DNA of 63,665 nucleotides, filler included, from Choristocarpus tenellus KU-1152 (lineage: Eukaryota; Protista; Phaeophyceae), in NCBI GenBank assembly GCA_964200185.2. It is 8 parts of 8 records of this genome, joined end to end, with 100 filler letters (N's around TTAATTAATTAA, not from the genome) between each part and the next. Parts side by side here need not be neighbours in the genome. Positions count along the whole stretch, not along the records: positions 3,982 to 11,155 come from CAXNAD020006581.1; positions 11,256 to 19,519 come from CAXNAD020004919.1; positions 19,620 to 33,239 come from CAXNAD020001430.1; 5 more parts are not named here. The stretch is one strand, 5' to 3'. The notes beneath the pieces are model-generated. The model worked only from the letters and a program-made list of their open reading frames with translations, was not told where the DNA came from and did not search any database. Shown piece after piece: positions 11,092 to 24,396 of this stretch; position 1 is the stretch's first letter; every line of letters begins with the position of its first letter. The translations under genes were made by a program, and so were the position numbers.

Positions 11092-14000
11092 CTGTTTCAA
11101 GAGTAGAAAGAGAAGGTGGGGGGGAGGGGGGGAGGGAGGGAAGGGGGGGGGGTGGNNNNNNNNNNNNNNNNNNNNNNNNNNNNNNNNNNNNNNNNNNNNT
11201 TAATTAATTAANNNNNNNNNNNNNNNNNNNNNNNNNNNNNNNNNNNNNNNNNNNNCCACTGGGGGAACCGCCCCCCTTGTTGGGAGAAACACCCACCCTA
11301 TTGAGGAAGCCACCCCCTGTTTCTTCCATGTATTATTATCAATCATTGACCCGATTCGGGGAACCACCCCCACGCACTTTTCCACTTTTCCAAAACAATT
11401 CTATTTGTTGTTAGCCCACCGATTTCTCAACTAAGTGGGTCGAGTGGAGAAGGTCCAACTTAGGCAAGCCATTGATCATATAGTGTAGTAGCACATATTC
11501 AAACACACCGCACTAATCAATAAGTAGGCGAATTCATCCCTGCACATATAGGAGGAAAACAATGCAATATAGCAGAAGCCCAAACAATATGGATATACTT
11601 ACTGCATTGTACCCCACACAATTTTGATGCAAGGATGTAGTGATACCCCCACATGTATTGATTGGTTACTACTCAAAGTACAACAGAAAACAAAAACAAA
11701 GGCCTTTCTATAGTACAAACTCTAGGTACAGCGGGTCTTTTCTTATGACGATGTGAAGGAAACAAGAAACAAATGATACAACTAGTTGCACCTTCTGTGC
11801 TACTAGTGCTATGGATCCCAACTCTAGAAAATCTATCTCTGACCGTATACACTGCTAACGTGACTGGATTCCTCTAATCCTCTAATAAGCACTTGATGCT
11901 TTCTTAGCATCCTTGGCAGTCTGTTATGCATCTGCCTTCGAGCAGATGCTGGGCAGGAGGAAAAGGAGCTACATAACATCGGAGTCCAACCTATTTATAT
12001 CACTGGCCGATCATTGAACTCCAGTATGCCACATTCCGCACTCCATATGTCCATTGGCTCCACAAGGTATGGTTCAGGAAATTTCAAGATACCACACTCT
12101 TATGGGGTTATATCCACACTCTGATAAGAGAGGCTTAACACACCCCTTTGTCGTAATCTCACTCAGGTTCACGTACATATTGGAGGATTGAATTTATGTT
12201 GTTAAGGTAGATGATTCTTTTCTTTCCTTTTGCAAATTTAGACATTTTATCCTGGCTTGCTATTTTGCTTTGCTCACGCAAGAGTTGCCCATTTCTTGTT
12301 TGCTTTAAGGTATGAAAGACCTATGAGCACACTAAGGCAGGGTGGAGTGGGAGGAACACGTACCTGAGGGATGCACAAGATTTTCTTTTTCTGAAGTAGA
12401 CCGAGAGCAGACCACTGTTGGTTTGAGCGGTGAATGTGACAAAGGAGAGACCACCACATGATGATTCACATGCGTTTTGTGCGTGCCCTCAGGTGTGCTA
12501 GTATGTAGAGCTTAAAAACGTTTCCCACCTCGAACAGTGAAACAGGAAGTTCATATTATGGACATGACAATAACATGTTGTAGTCGGAGTATGTGTTAGG
12601 AACGTAGCGTATGCATGCGCTAGTGACTGACTGGATAGAGATTATTAAGGACGAAAACATACACTCCGTATATGTTTCTGCCTTGGACTGAAGTGATACA
12701 GACATGACACATGCACCTACTCAAGTGTAAGTTTTCGAGTCGATCGAGTGAAATAGACGTAATACTTACCATTGTTGTGTACTGTGGTATGTTTTAGACT
12801 TACTGGCCACAACGCATTACTGTACTTTGTTGTGAAGTCATTAAATACATTACAGTGCTAAGCACAACGATCATTCATAGTGTTGTGTCCTTGGCTTTAT
12901 TGATTTAACCCTTATTGATACTTTATGACCACGGACAACATGTTCAAACTGTCGGGTGGGAGAAAGAATGCAACGAACACAACAAGAGGACCGAAACTCC
13001 TTTTAACCAACAACGCTGTGATGATATATATGGCTTAAAGTACTAACTATACAACTACTATTTTATAAGGGCATCGTTGTCATTTACGCAAGGCCAAACG
13101 TATTGAGTATACAATAGCTTGATAATAATTGTATTCCGAATAGTTGGAGGGATGGTCAGGATCTTGTTAGGGCACACTACTTCACCATTACCATCTCAGA
13201 TTCCATTACAAGAACATTATATTTTGTAGACAACAAGTCAAATGGTTACTGGTAGGTCTCTATTAGATGAAGGAGTGAGTCACTATCAACCTTGATAACT
13301 ACTAGAAATGCAATTTTTCAAGGTTGTCTCATGTTACTATGCAGCATCTCAGCCGAATCCATGACATGTTCTTAGACACTTTCTGCCGTGCAGGTCAACA
13401 CGACTTATACGAGGAAATATATCCTCCATGCATCATAAACAAACACAAACACAAACACAAACACACGCACCAGTACACAGGAATTCGTATACATGCCTGG
13501 AACTCCAGTTCATGATGGAGTGAGGAGGAGGTGTACACAAGAATTGTTGTTCGCCCTTCGAGTAGGACAATAGCACACCAGTGTGTTGAGCTTCCATTTC
13601 TATAAATTAGTATGATAGAAACTTAATATCTCAAGGGTAACGTTTCACACCAACTCATGTAGAAAGACCGTGCATGGAAAATCACCACCAAACATAAAAC
13701 ACTCGAATGAAAAGACATCACCAATCACAATATCGTATTGTCAGCACAACAACACCGTGCCCAGGTGGACAATGAAGCAATGGAGGAACACAGGCATAAA
13801 TGAAACAATAATAAGTTACAAGTGTTTCGAAGCATAATGTCGTCATCCTAGGGTGATGAGGTTCTATCCACTTGCTTCGTACCAAGTAATGTTAACATGT
13901 GGTTCTTGGAAAAGAATCCTACCTCCAGTCTGGCAAAGAGAGACATTGAGGAGCAGAGTGCAGGCAGAACAACTTAAAATCAATCGTCAGCATTCTCATA

Positions 14001-15724
14001 CGCACTGCATCTCTTAGCGATAAGCACTGTAAAAGTAGTCCAACCCTCGTGTATTTCCCCTAGAGGGCCAGAACACAGCAGCCCAATATATATACATATA
14101 GCTGCGGGGTGAAACCTTCTTGATCTGCTCTATCCCAATATTTCCACCTTCAAAATCCAGTGGCAGCTATATGGACTCTGTGACTACCTCATTTCTGGTG
14201 AATCGTATGTGCAGGAAAAACACCATCGTCTCTATGTTTCCCACTTCCATTCCAAGTTACCATGTGTATTGTTGTACCTGCTCAACTCCACTTATTACCC
14301 ATGGTGGCCCAGGGTCTCAGATTACAACCCCTAAGCCTCCAATAAGTTCCAATCGCTGCCTAATTGGACAAAACAAATGTGACTACAAAACTGTTTTCCC
14401 ACTTCACATCTCTCTGGCATATCGCCACACGCATAGGGAACAACAAGGTACCTTGTAGACCCGTTGCTTCATAGACTTATTGTGGTTCACCTACACAAAA
14501 TCATTCCAAATATCATATTTCATTCGCTAGTAAAACTACAGCATATTTAACACACAAAACCACAACCTTTCATCTTTGCACATGGCAAGGACCTTTTGTT
14601 GCTGCAAGTCGATCTGACTTTGTCCCTCACCAAGAATATATACTATGCCTTCTTCCCACTGAATGGCATTCTATCAAGCTATCATCATTTCCCCCCCACA
14701 TTTTCCCATTCTCCCCTTTCCAAAAAACCTTTCGCGCCCCGCGACAAGTGATCAATCAAAGTATTATCCGCTGTACTTCATATGTAAGTCGTGCCTCGTC
14801 CTTTGGTTCTCCTTGCCCCCCCTTTCCGGTAGTGACCTTATGGCTCAATCCCCTACAAATACTAGTAGTTGTGGATGCCACTCCAATTTTGACTTTCATC
14901 GCTACAACTCCACTGCCTACTATCAACACAAATGTCTCCAAGCTTACCCCTAATTCTGTCACTTCGATCACTGCGGCAATTGCCATGGATAGTAGCAGCA
15001 CTGCTTGGCGACCATTGTTGCTGTTCCCATCCGCAGCAATAGACACCGCCATCCAGTATCTTAAACGATTGATTGTACAGAGTAGGGGCCGGTGGTGGTG
15101 AGGACATCACCCTAGATTGCTTAGACGAACCCACCATCTCCTTCACGACCTTCATGTTATCCCAGAAGAGACAAGTGTTCAAACATGTGTTTGGGTTTGG
15201 GTGGGGATGGGATTGTGAGTGAATGCACTCGACTGATGGTTCGATGGGCACAGCGACTTCCCACGTCTGTGCAAAGCCATTGAATAATAGAACATAGTTC
15301 ATCAAAGTGACTTCATCGTGGTTCATGAGGTTTCTTACGACGTTTTGTTTTTCTCCTCTTCAAAACTCGAAATACCCCTTACATCCTATTTTTTTGGTAC
15401 CCAGAACCCTACAGACAGTATTTCCCAATACTATTGGTAAATGATTAGTACGTTCCAAGCAATTCGGCAACACAACCTTTGAAAAAAAAACGTTTCGTGA
15501 ATTTTGTTCAACCCAACTCTACGCCACAATTTTTTAATTTCATACATGAATCCATTGGTAAATAGCTGAATATATCATGACCAAATTCTCGAGCAGTGAC
15601 ATTTTTGTCTTCATGTTCAATTGGTATGGGCGTAGTCTTGGCAACTGGAGTTGTCCAGAAAGAGACCCTGCGAAAACGTCCTCCTTCTTGTTCATTGAGT
15701 CACTCTCCAGTACTCAGTAGGGGT

Positions 15725-15768
15725 GTATTATGTATTATGTATTATGTATTATGTATTATGTATTATGT
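15725..15768. repeat. (GTATTAT)n 7-bp tandem repeat
   Basis: About six copies of TATTATG. Confidence 0.9.
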
Positions 15769-17431
15769 ACGTATGTATGTATTATTTTTTCTGGTGGGTT
15801 GAGGCGGTAGTCGTCAAAAAAGTGCACTTACCTTTCTCAATCAATCAATCAAACTCAGTTGATGTACCCTCAATGGCATTGATCATTATTACAAGTTTAG
15901 TGTTTCTTGCTTGCTTACTGGAATATCAAACCCAACATTCCATGGTCAAGCCCCGGGTCCACTCTCTGGATGTGTGGTTGACCCCCCCCCGGATGTGCCC
16001 AAATATCTCCTACTTGTTTATACTGCATTGAACAGCTCAATCAGGGTGGAAGGGCTGTGGAAGAGGTGGATGGCACCGATGGTTACATGACCGAAGCTAC
16101 GATGAGTGGAGTACGTGAGAAGACTTGACTGATGTTAGAAGGGTTGGGAGCAGACTTGATCCTTGGACAGCGAGGCAATTTGCTTATTGTTGTGATTGGA
16201 GGGACTTTGGCTCTGATGGGTTTATTTTGAGAGTCCTTTGCGTGTCAAACTGTCTGTAGCTCTCCAGGGGGTCAGTCCCCAGTATCAGGAATCAGGCTCT
16301 ACATTTTTTGTTGCCCTCTTTTTGCATGGGGTGCACAGGAGTTGTTTGCTAAGGCGTATGGGGTATTGGTGTCGATCAAGATACAAAAATCCACAAAGCA
16401 CAAAAAACTAGAAAATCTAGTTTGGCTTTGGCTGTTGCACATTTTTATGTAAATGTGAGAGATGGCGGAGGCAAGGGCGAGGTGCTGTCCGATCTGAACC
16501 GTAGCAGGGGTTATCTCCGCGCTCGTAGTGGTATCGCCAGCCACAGGGCTGTTCGCGTCTGCTCTGGAAGCGTAAATTCAATGGGTGGAACTTTCTTGTC
16601 TGCTCGTGGTGTGCAGTGACTTGTCAAGTGTTGAGGGAGGAGCGCGTTGGCATCAGATCTCAGTCAATGTTCTTGCACTCTCCTCCCCGTACCGTATTTT
16701 TGTTTTTGTTGTTTATTGTTTGTTTATTTTTGTACAGATTACAGCAAACATGTACATTAGGGACACCACGGTGAATTGAGTTAATTCCGACATCTTCGCC
16801 TTGGCTATGACTTTTCATTTGATTCTGTCCGTGAGTTTTCCCGAGAAGATCAAGCCTGTCAAGTCCGTTGACATTGCCGCCCTGGACGCCCCCCAGGGGT
16901 TCATGTCTACAGATAGGGGATGGAACCGGTGCCTCCATCCGTAGGTCTGATTAGGGTTAGGGATCATGTGTGATTTGGTGTGTGATGCATGCAGCATGTG
17001 ACTGTTGAGTTTTACGGCGGGTATTGGTTGTTGATGAAGGGGAGATTGTGGGGAGTGGTAAGAGAAGTGTTGGAAGACCTGTATAAACTTTTCAGTTTTG
17101 ATTTCCGAGGTGTGCAATTTGGTGCCTAGTGGTGAGTTGGTATTGATTGCAAAAGTGATAAATTCACCAACAGTCGCATTTCAGTTTGGTAATTTTTGAG
17201 TCGCTTGGCTGGTGAAGGTACAGGACGGTGTTTTGATGTCAAATGAGTGTTCGATTTTTTCTTGAAGAGAGAGTTTCCCTTCCAGAGAATGAGTGAGAGA
17301 GTGGGTCCTTGTTTAATAAAATCAATCAAGATTCTGGCAACAAAAATTGGACATTTTTCAAAAAGATGAAGCATGGACAACTTACAATCAATTGGGACGA
17401 TCCTCTTTCTGCTGAATAAGAATATCCCTTT

Positions 17432-17690
17432 GAGCCAAAGCATCTTAGAGGGTACAGCCGCGTCCATTTGGGGACCCAAATCCGATGTTGAACATTTTTT
17501 TGTAATTTTGACTATCAAGTTTGTTAGAAGATGTCAGTATCCTTGTCTGGAGACTCCTTTTCATAATGTCTACATGTTACCTACTCCGAAACATTTTGGA
17601 GTAGGTAAAATGTCAATAAAAACCCATGGGGAGCCAAGCCCCACATGGACAAACAGGACAAAATTCGTACCCTCTAAGACACTTTCACTA
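17432..17690 (+). mobile_element. MITE family A copy 3
   Basis: GAGCCAAAGCATCTTAGAGGGTA ... TACCCTCTAAGACACTTTCACTA; TSD TTT. Confidence 0.9.
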
Positions 17691-17960
17691 TTTGTTTGCT
17701 TCTCAAGTTCCAATGAAACGTTTGAGGTGAGCTAGGATATGCATGTCGTTGCTGAGGTGTTGAGTGTATATTCAATGATTAAATTTTGTGACGCATTCAG
17801 GATGTACAATACGAAATATTTGAGAACCTCCCCCCCACCTGATTTTTTTTTGTTCCATCCCTGGTGAGATTATTCTATTGGTCTGTTGGTTGTGTAGGTT
17901 CCTTCTTATAACTCCTTCGAAACTTGACTTTTCAGACTTTGTTCTCCCTTACACAAACAG

Positions 17961-18022
17961 GGCAATGGGCCTGCTTGTATTCAATGATCTACGAGAAGGA
18001 CCCCAATGCAGAGTGGGGTATG
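17961..18022 (+). CDS. Isolated candidate exon of an unknown gene
   Basis: AAACAG acceptor, open frame QWACLYSMIYEKDPNAEWGM, strong GTGAGT donor. Neighbouring exons could not be linked confidently. Confidence 0.3.
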
Positions 18023-18716
18023 GTGAGTGGTTCTTGTTGGTGGGCAGCAATGTCCCAAAAGGTAACCGGACGCGACCTCTTATGGTGGTTGCTGGTGGAA
18101 GTCAGGCATATATTCCAGCGCCCATGTTGATGAAGTCAGATTAGTAACCGGTGTAGTTTGTTCCTGTATGGCATTGAACTACCTGTCCTTAGTTTTTTCT
18201 TCTCTTTGTAGTCATGAGGTGTGTTCTGGTTCACAGGATCGTGTTGGTGGCCCAGCAGTCCCTTCCTGCTCTATCCTTTGGTTTTGAATTTCTTTGGATT
18301 GGGGGGTAATCTGTCCGGCCCTGAAGAATCTACAGCTGTCATGGGCTAAGGTTAAACGGCATTTTTTTTTTCCCAAGAGACTTAAACCCCATAAAATATT
18401 ATATTTGAGAGACAATATCACTTCTCAACATACTTTGGATATTGATATTTTTAACCCAAATACCAAGACTAGGAAATACATCGATCATGTTTGAAAAGTT
18501 CATAGTTGGAATAAGAACACATATAGTCGTTTGACCAATAGGACCCAAGTGTGGAGGAATAGAAATAGAGCGTTTCCGCAAAATGAAATAGATTTCGTTT
18601 TTTGGTCTGTCAGCAATGAAAATATACATTTCGAAAATCAGTGTGCGGAAAAAGAAGTTCACCATCTAAATGTTTCATGTGTCCGTCCGATTTTTGGCTG
18701 TAGTGTTTTTCATAAA

Positions 18717-18922
18717 CCAGAAATCAGTGGCGAAAGGGGTCACACTGGTTGGTCATTGGATAGGGGGGGTGACTGGAAATCAGGGGCGAAGGGGGTTCGC
18801 CCTTGTGGGTCATCAGATATGGGGGTGACTGGAAAAAAGGGGTGAAGGGGGTTCGCCCTGGTGGGTCATCAGATATTAGGGTGACTGGAAATCAGTGGCG
18901 AAGAGGTTGCACTGGTTGGTCA
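18717..18922. repeat. 56-bp tandem repeat (~3.6 copies) with internal hairpin
   Basis: GACTGGAAA at 18771, 18827 and 18883. The central units contain GGG(C/T)GAA-GGGGG-TTCGCCC. Confidence 0.85.
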
Positions 18923-19179
18923 AAAGGGTTTTTAGAATATGGGGAGAAAAGTGTAGAATAAAATAATAATAATAAAGAATTCGTGAGCAAAACAAAAAAA
19001 GGATTTCAATGCAGAATGATTGCTGGTTTGTGTGCAGATCTAGGCTGCTATTTGTGTCAGTATATGGAAGAGGAGAGAAGATATGGGACCCTTTTAAGGC
19101 GGGGATGTTGTTGGAATGCGGAGTGTCATGGATGAAGGCGGGGGCATTTTGGAAATATTGGTGTGGGAGTGGATGTGTG

Positions 19180-19347
19180 AAAATTAGCTGCATTGGTTGG
19201 TGAGTGGATACCAGTCCTAGAAATTGACCGCAATGCTTTGCTAGTACATAGCACTTTTCGGAGGTTGGTTACATTGGTTTATGAGTGGATACATTATCTA
19301 CAGAAATTGACTGCATTGGTCTGCGAGTGGATACCAGTAGCGGAAAT
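19180..19347. repeat. Degenerate ~41-bp tandem repeat
   Basis: Recurring AAATTGACTGCATTGGT..GAGTGGATACCAGT. Confidence 0.7.
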
Positions 19348-20199
19348 GGAACCATACTTGTGGTGGTAACAGCAGGGTCTCTTGGGGTGATTTTATGGCC
19401 AGAACTGGGCACGTTGAGGGTCAGAACGTCGGCATAGTAAACCCCCCGTCGACCCCCCCGTGTAGGAAGGGTGTCCAAGTGTCCCTGGATACCAGGGTTG
19501 CGCTTGCAGTGCCGCACGCNNNNNNNNNNNNNNNNNNNNNNNNNNNNNNNNNNNNNNNNNNNNTTAATTAATTAANNNNNNNNNNNNNNNNNNNNNNNNN
19601 NNNNNNNNNNNNNNNNNNNGGGCCCTCAAAAAGTGCCGCAACATTTACAAAAAAAACGTATCGGCACTTTTTCCGCATGATTTTCGGTCAAAACCATCCT
19701 CAATAGTACACTCCATCCTCAATTTTTATAATCCAGTTTTATATGTATGCCCAGGATATAGAAAAAATGGACGGGGGGAAATAGGGTGTTGCGTGGGGGC
19801 AAGGGAGACGTGTTTTGATTGAGCAATGGTTGTTCTTGTGGTATAGTGGTGAGGACCATTTCGAGTAGAATATAACAATTTCTTAAGACACAATGTGTCT
19901 TGGATATTGGTTGGTACAAAGTATATGCTAATCCTAACCCTAAACAACAAAATGATATGATAGTACTGAAGAATGTTTTTTTTTTAATGACTGAATTGAG
20001 CTGTAGTTGTTGCCAGCTGGGTTGCAATCAATAGTTAGGGTTAGGGACAGGTTGGGGGGTTGGTGAAGCAATGAAAAACAATCTTTCTCGGTGATCTTCC
20101 GTGGTGAGGTAAACGTCATTTTGGTCCTGAAATATTGTGCTTCCAGAGGTGAGAAGTAAAATGATATTATAAAAGGATAGCGGAGATAAAGGATGGGCA

Positions 20200-22550
20200 A
20201 GACAAGTTGGTTCCAACAGGATCTCGACAACAACTGTTCAAGAAGCGGGAAGGTGAGAGCATGGGATCAGAATGGAGTACAGGACACGATTTGCTGACCC
20301 CAATGAGTAACCTTTGGTGGATTTGGGTGATGCAGATACAAGTATCTATCGAGGCATGGGGCGGTCTCAACCAAAAGTGGACGATTATATAGCCAGTCGC
20401 TACCAACCACCAATTCGGAAATCGAATTTCTTGCATACCTCTTCTGTACGTTATGCCTCAAGGCAATGGATCACTCGCATAGTTACCCTGGTGTAAAGCG
20501 CATACCCACAGTATGGATGTTAGTACCTCACCTACTAACGATGTGGCGCATTACCTGGGTTTGTTTCTCTATTCAATGGTGACAACAGTAAGATGTTGTC
20601 TTTTTGCTTCACCGCAGCTCGACGATTCTTCCCAAAGAGATGTAAAGGTCATGATATGAGATAAGCAGTGTTCAGCGGCCCAACTGGGGACCGTTTATAT
20701 TTCCTTACGTATATATGATATCGTCCATAATTTTCTTTCCGCCCACTCAACTGGATAGATAGGCCTCACTGAAGCAAAGTATGCCCATGTCGAGAACTAG
20801 GCGGGAATATGTTTCACAACACCTGCCTGAGGGGTTTGAACTTGCTGATCCAAGTAGCACCGTCGTATTTTCTGTATATCTAGCCCATTGCCAGCACCAG
20901 GAAGTACACTATGTGATACATATCTAAGGAGGTCATGTCCTGCACATTGCACCCAGCATCTTTGCTCGATTACCAGATTCGACGAACATTAAGCACTTCA
21001 TGACCTTTGGATGCTATAATTTTGTTCTACCCCGTTCCACAGGATGTCTCGGTACAACAACAGCAGCCATCACGCTTACAGCAGTAGTATCTATCTCTTT
21101 ATTTGGAGATGACTTCACTTGGTCGTTGGTTTCTCCCTGAGATCACAAACTTTACGCTTTGTTTGGAACAGAACAATAGTACACTTTCATTGGTTCTCAT
21201 TCCTTGGAAATAAAGCTCCACATTGGTCCTTCTAGTACATCTACCCTCTTGAGCTTGGTGGTATATTTAGGTACGATGGTTTGGGTGAAGTTGGTATTGA
21301 AGGGTTGAAAATACTATTAAGAAACATAGATGTTGGTTTAACGGTAATATAACGGCAAGGACTGCCATATGAATCATGAACATAGTCTGCCTCAACCACT
21401 TCACCTGAAGTGTCACATACACAAGACAGTTCATTACCCCTCCCCCAAGACCATCAGGATCATTCCACGACTTGCTTACTCACCATCGACATACATAATT
21501 TCATTTCGTATCCTCTTGGAGGTCTCAATAACGGCAAAGGGGCAGACCGTAGAGAGCGAAAACAGAATTGCCCCAACAAGACTCACCTACGATGAGACCT
21601 TTGGCGATGTTACTGGTCCTGTGGAGTATTTTCAATTTCTCAAACGGTGAGGAATATATGTGTCTGGAAGATTCCCTTCATCAATCTGCTGTACATGATA
21701 TGTGACATCCTGAGCGTGACCCTCATAGCTCGTTCCCCTCTTCGCTCATATCGTCGAACGCCTATGACGAGGGGAGTAGAGTGAGGATAGATTGACATGT
21801 ATGCTTGCTTAGTGAAGCAAGTTTATGTAGATAGCCTAGAAATTGCTGCTAGGTGTGCGTACGCTCGTCCACTCCTCGCCAGCACTACGGAAAACGAGAC
21901 TAGGACTATGGGATAGGCAAAGGTACTACGAAGCACTAGTCTCCCCACGCTTGGCACACCGCCATGTATGTCGATTGGAAGATAATTCGTCGGCGCTAAT
22001 TTCCAATTTATACCCCTGTAATGGCGGTCCAAATTACTTGTCTATGCAACGACATCAGTCGCTTGATGTGATATGATACTCTCGGTTTGGGCCTCCTTGT
22101 GCACCATTTGTCCTACTAAGGGAGAGATGGTTGCATCATTGCGTCTTGTTTATGATACCATCCTCATGGATGCTAAGGTATACATCTAGACGAGGAGAGT
22201 AGCTCATCTCTCTAACCAAGAGAACAAAAGCCTAATTTGGGTTGCAAATATGATAGTCCGACTAACAAATCCTCTTGTCTCATGTGCTCCTGCCCTTAAG
22301 CGTTCCGTGCTCTACGCCCAACTGGGACGACATCTCTCAGGAACCCCTCTCAACGAAACAAGACTCAAGGAACGAACCGACTAAACCTTATCAGACCGTG
22401 GATATCGCACTGCACCTCTTCGCCTGTGGTCGCGGCGGGAGCCCGTGATGGGTATGACGGAGACCAATCAGAGGAAAGAGGATTGACACCTCTCAGTGAG
22501 TAAGCGGATACAAATTTCATGATTTTGAGGTGCAGGAGAAATTTCAACCC
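20200..22550 (-). mobile_element. Possible highly decayed LTR-retrotransposon pol remnant
   Basis: Intron-free, stop-ridden, coding-like tract. The fragment SGRAYAHLAAISRLS loosely resembles the Gypsy RNase H end motif (GxxNxxADxLSRL). Weak. Confidence 0.3.
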
Positions 22551-24396
22551 TTTAAAATAGGAAGCTTACATCTCTCCCCAAAACCCAATGTGTTTCCTAA
22601 GTGCAATCACTGAGTGCCTAAGGATAATGGACTTCTGGCATCTTCCTGATCCCTCCTCTCACCCCCTCTATGAAGTGAATATTTTGAACTTCTACAACAT
22701 TTGAACTAGTAGTGCTGTATGTTTTGAAGTCCTGAATCATAGTATGTAGTTGATACGTGATTACATGAGATGACAATACAATTGGTGTCTTCTGGAGCGA
22801 CCAATTAGCTCACAGTGCGAGTGCTTACAGCAGAGAGGTTGGAAGTACAAGAATAGAGTGTATGTCGTGTGTTCAATATGGTCTTAGCTTGCAGGATCTA
22901 TTCGAAATTATGAACGGAATGTATAAATACTTTGTAGATTTATCTATGTATACACTATGTAATTACCCGTAGTGTAAGGGGAAAAATCAATGTGAGTAGC
23001 ATTGGAGGTGTTTGGTGTGCATCCTTAATGATATGGTGATCTATGGCTCCAAGCATCTCACACTCAAGGAAAAGGCTCCTTGTCTTCTAATCTTGGCATC
23101 TCTCTGCAACATGTGACTCTTGCAGCTTGGGCACCTCCCGTGTCAGCAATCACAGCAATCATTATTTTTTTATGTCTAGAACATCTGAGATATGAGATAG
23201 CAAGCCTGAGACCAGAGAGTAGGTATCATAGAAGATCTGGTTAGAGTCAGCACAAGACTCAGTCAATAGTTCACATGGGTGTCACATGCACTTGATGCAA
23301 GCTGACGCAAAAGACCAACAACAAATGCTGGAGATGTAAAACACACGAGGCTTGAGATAGTGAGCAATTAGGGATACAGTATCTGGGGACTAGCTAGAGC
23401 TGGTTAGAGCTGATCTAGCCTGCTTGGGTGTCAGGTTTGTATTAATTATAATAATAATAACTGACCCTGGCCCTATCTTTAATTAATGTGCTCTATGAAG
23501 AATCATTGGCGTGACCGCTATGCGTAAGAATAAGAGCCGGCCTGTCCTGATTATGCATAGAGGACAGACAAACAGCATATCTTTATAGCGTAGTTTTATT
23601 TTAGACAGAGTTACAAGATGCTTATGTAAGCGGTGTCTGAGATCCCTGTAAGGGTAACTTTACAGAATAACTTGCAATTTTTTACTTACTGTGTAGGTGC
23701 ATGTAATAGTTCTTCATACTAAGTGTACTTCAGAAGGGTTTTTTTAGTGCTTCGTGTTGTGTGTGTGTTTGTGCTGGGAACAACATCCTGATATCACACT
23801 GTACTAGTCAGATCCTAGAATTTTCTGTAGAATGCTTCAAAGGAATAGAAATGTCTTCATTTCTTACCTTCTCTGGTCACTGTAGTGATGATAGTTGTAA
23901 CTAGGGTTTCAGTTTAGTCGGTGGTACAATATGGCTGAGAGAAAACTGTTGACTGTGTATGTAGAATTACTTGTATCATTTGGGGATAAATGCATCATAC
24001 TGCTCCACACAGTGCTGATTTCCAAGTCGGCAGCAAACAGGTAATTTATGTATTAGTTTTTGGCCCACCGAGCTATATATTATTCTGTTTCTAATGCTGT
24101 AGTTGGCCTATTCTGTAAGTGTACTGGCTGGTCATTACAAGCACATGCACAGTAGATACACACAGCGTTTATTTTGCAGCAAAATGGTGTCAACTGTATG
24201 CACAAATGGTCTATTGAGATCTCTTCTTAATGCTCCCTTGTGGTCACTAACCCTAACCCTAATGATGTTCCATTACCTGAACAGATAGAGGTTCAATTAG
24301 TACATCATTATCACTTTCTTATTGTCCAAGAAAGTGATCAAGTGTTTTTACGAAAAATGCTCGTTCTTAATCCTAGCACTCCCTCCCATTAATCAG

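Noticed and set aside
11256-17400. Numerous short ORFs in contig 3
   Set aside because: No recognisable domains and no phase-consistent exon chain could be built; probably decayed repeats or intergenic DNA.
22970-23615. Possible solo LTR (TGTAA...TTACA)
   Set aside because: No matching 4-5 bp TSD for any candidate start.
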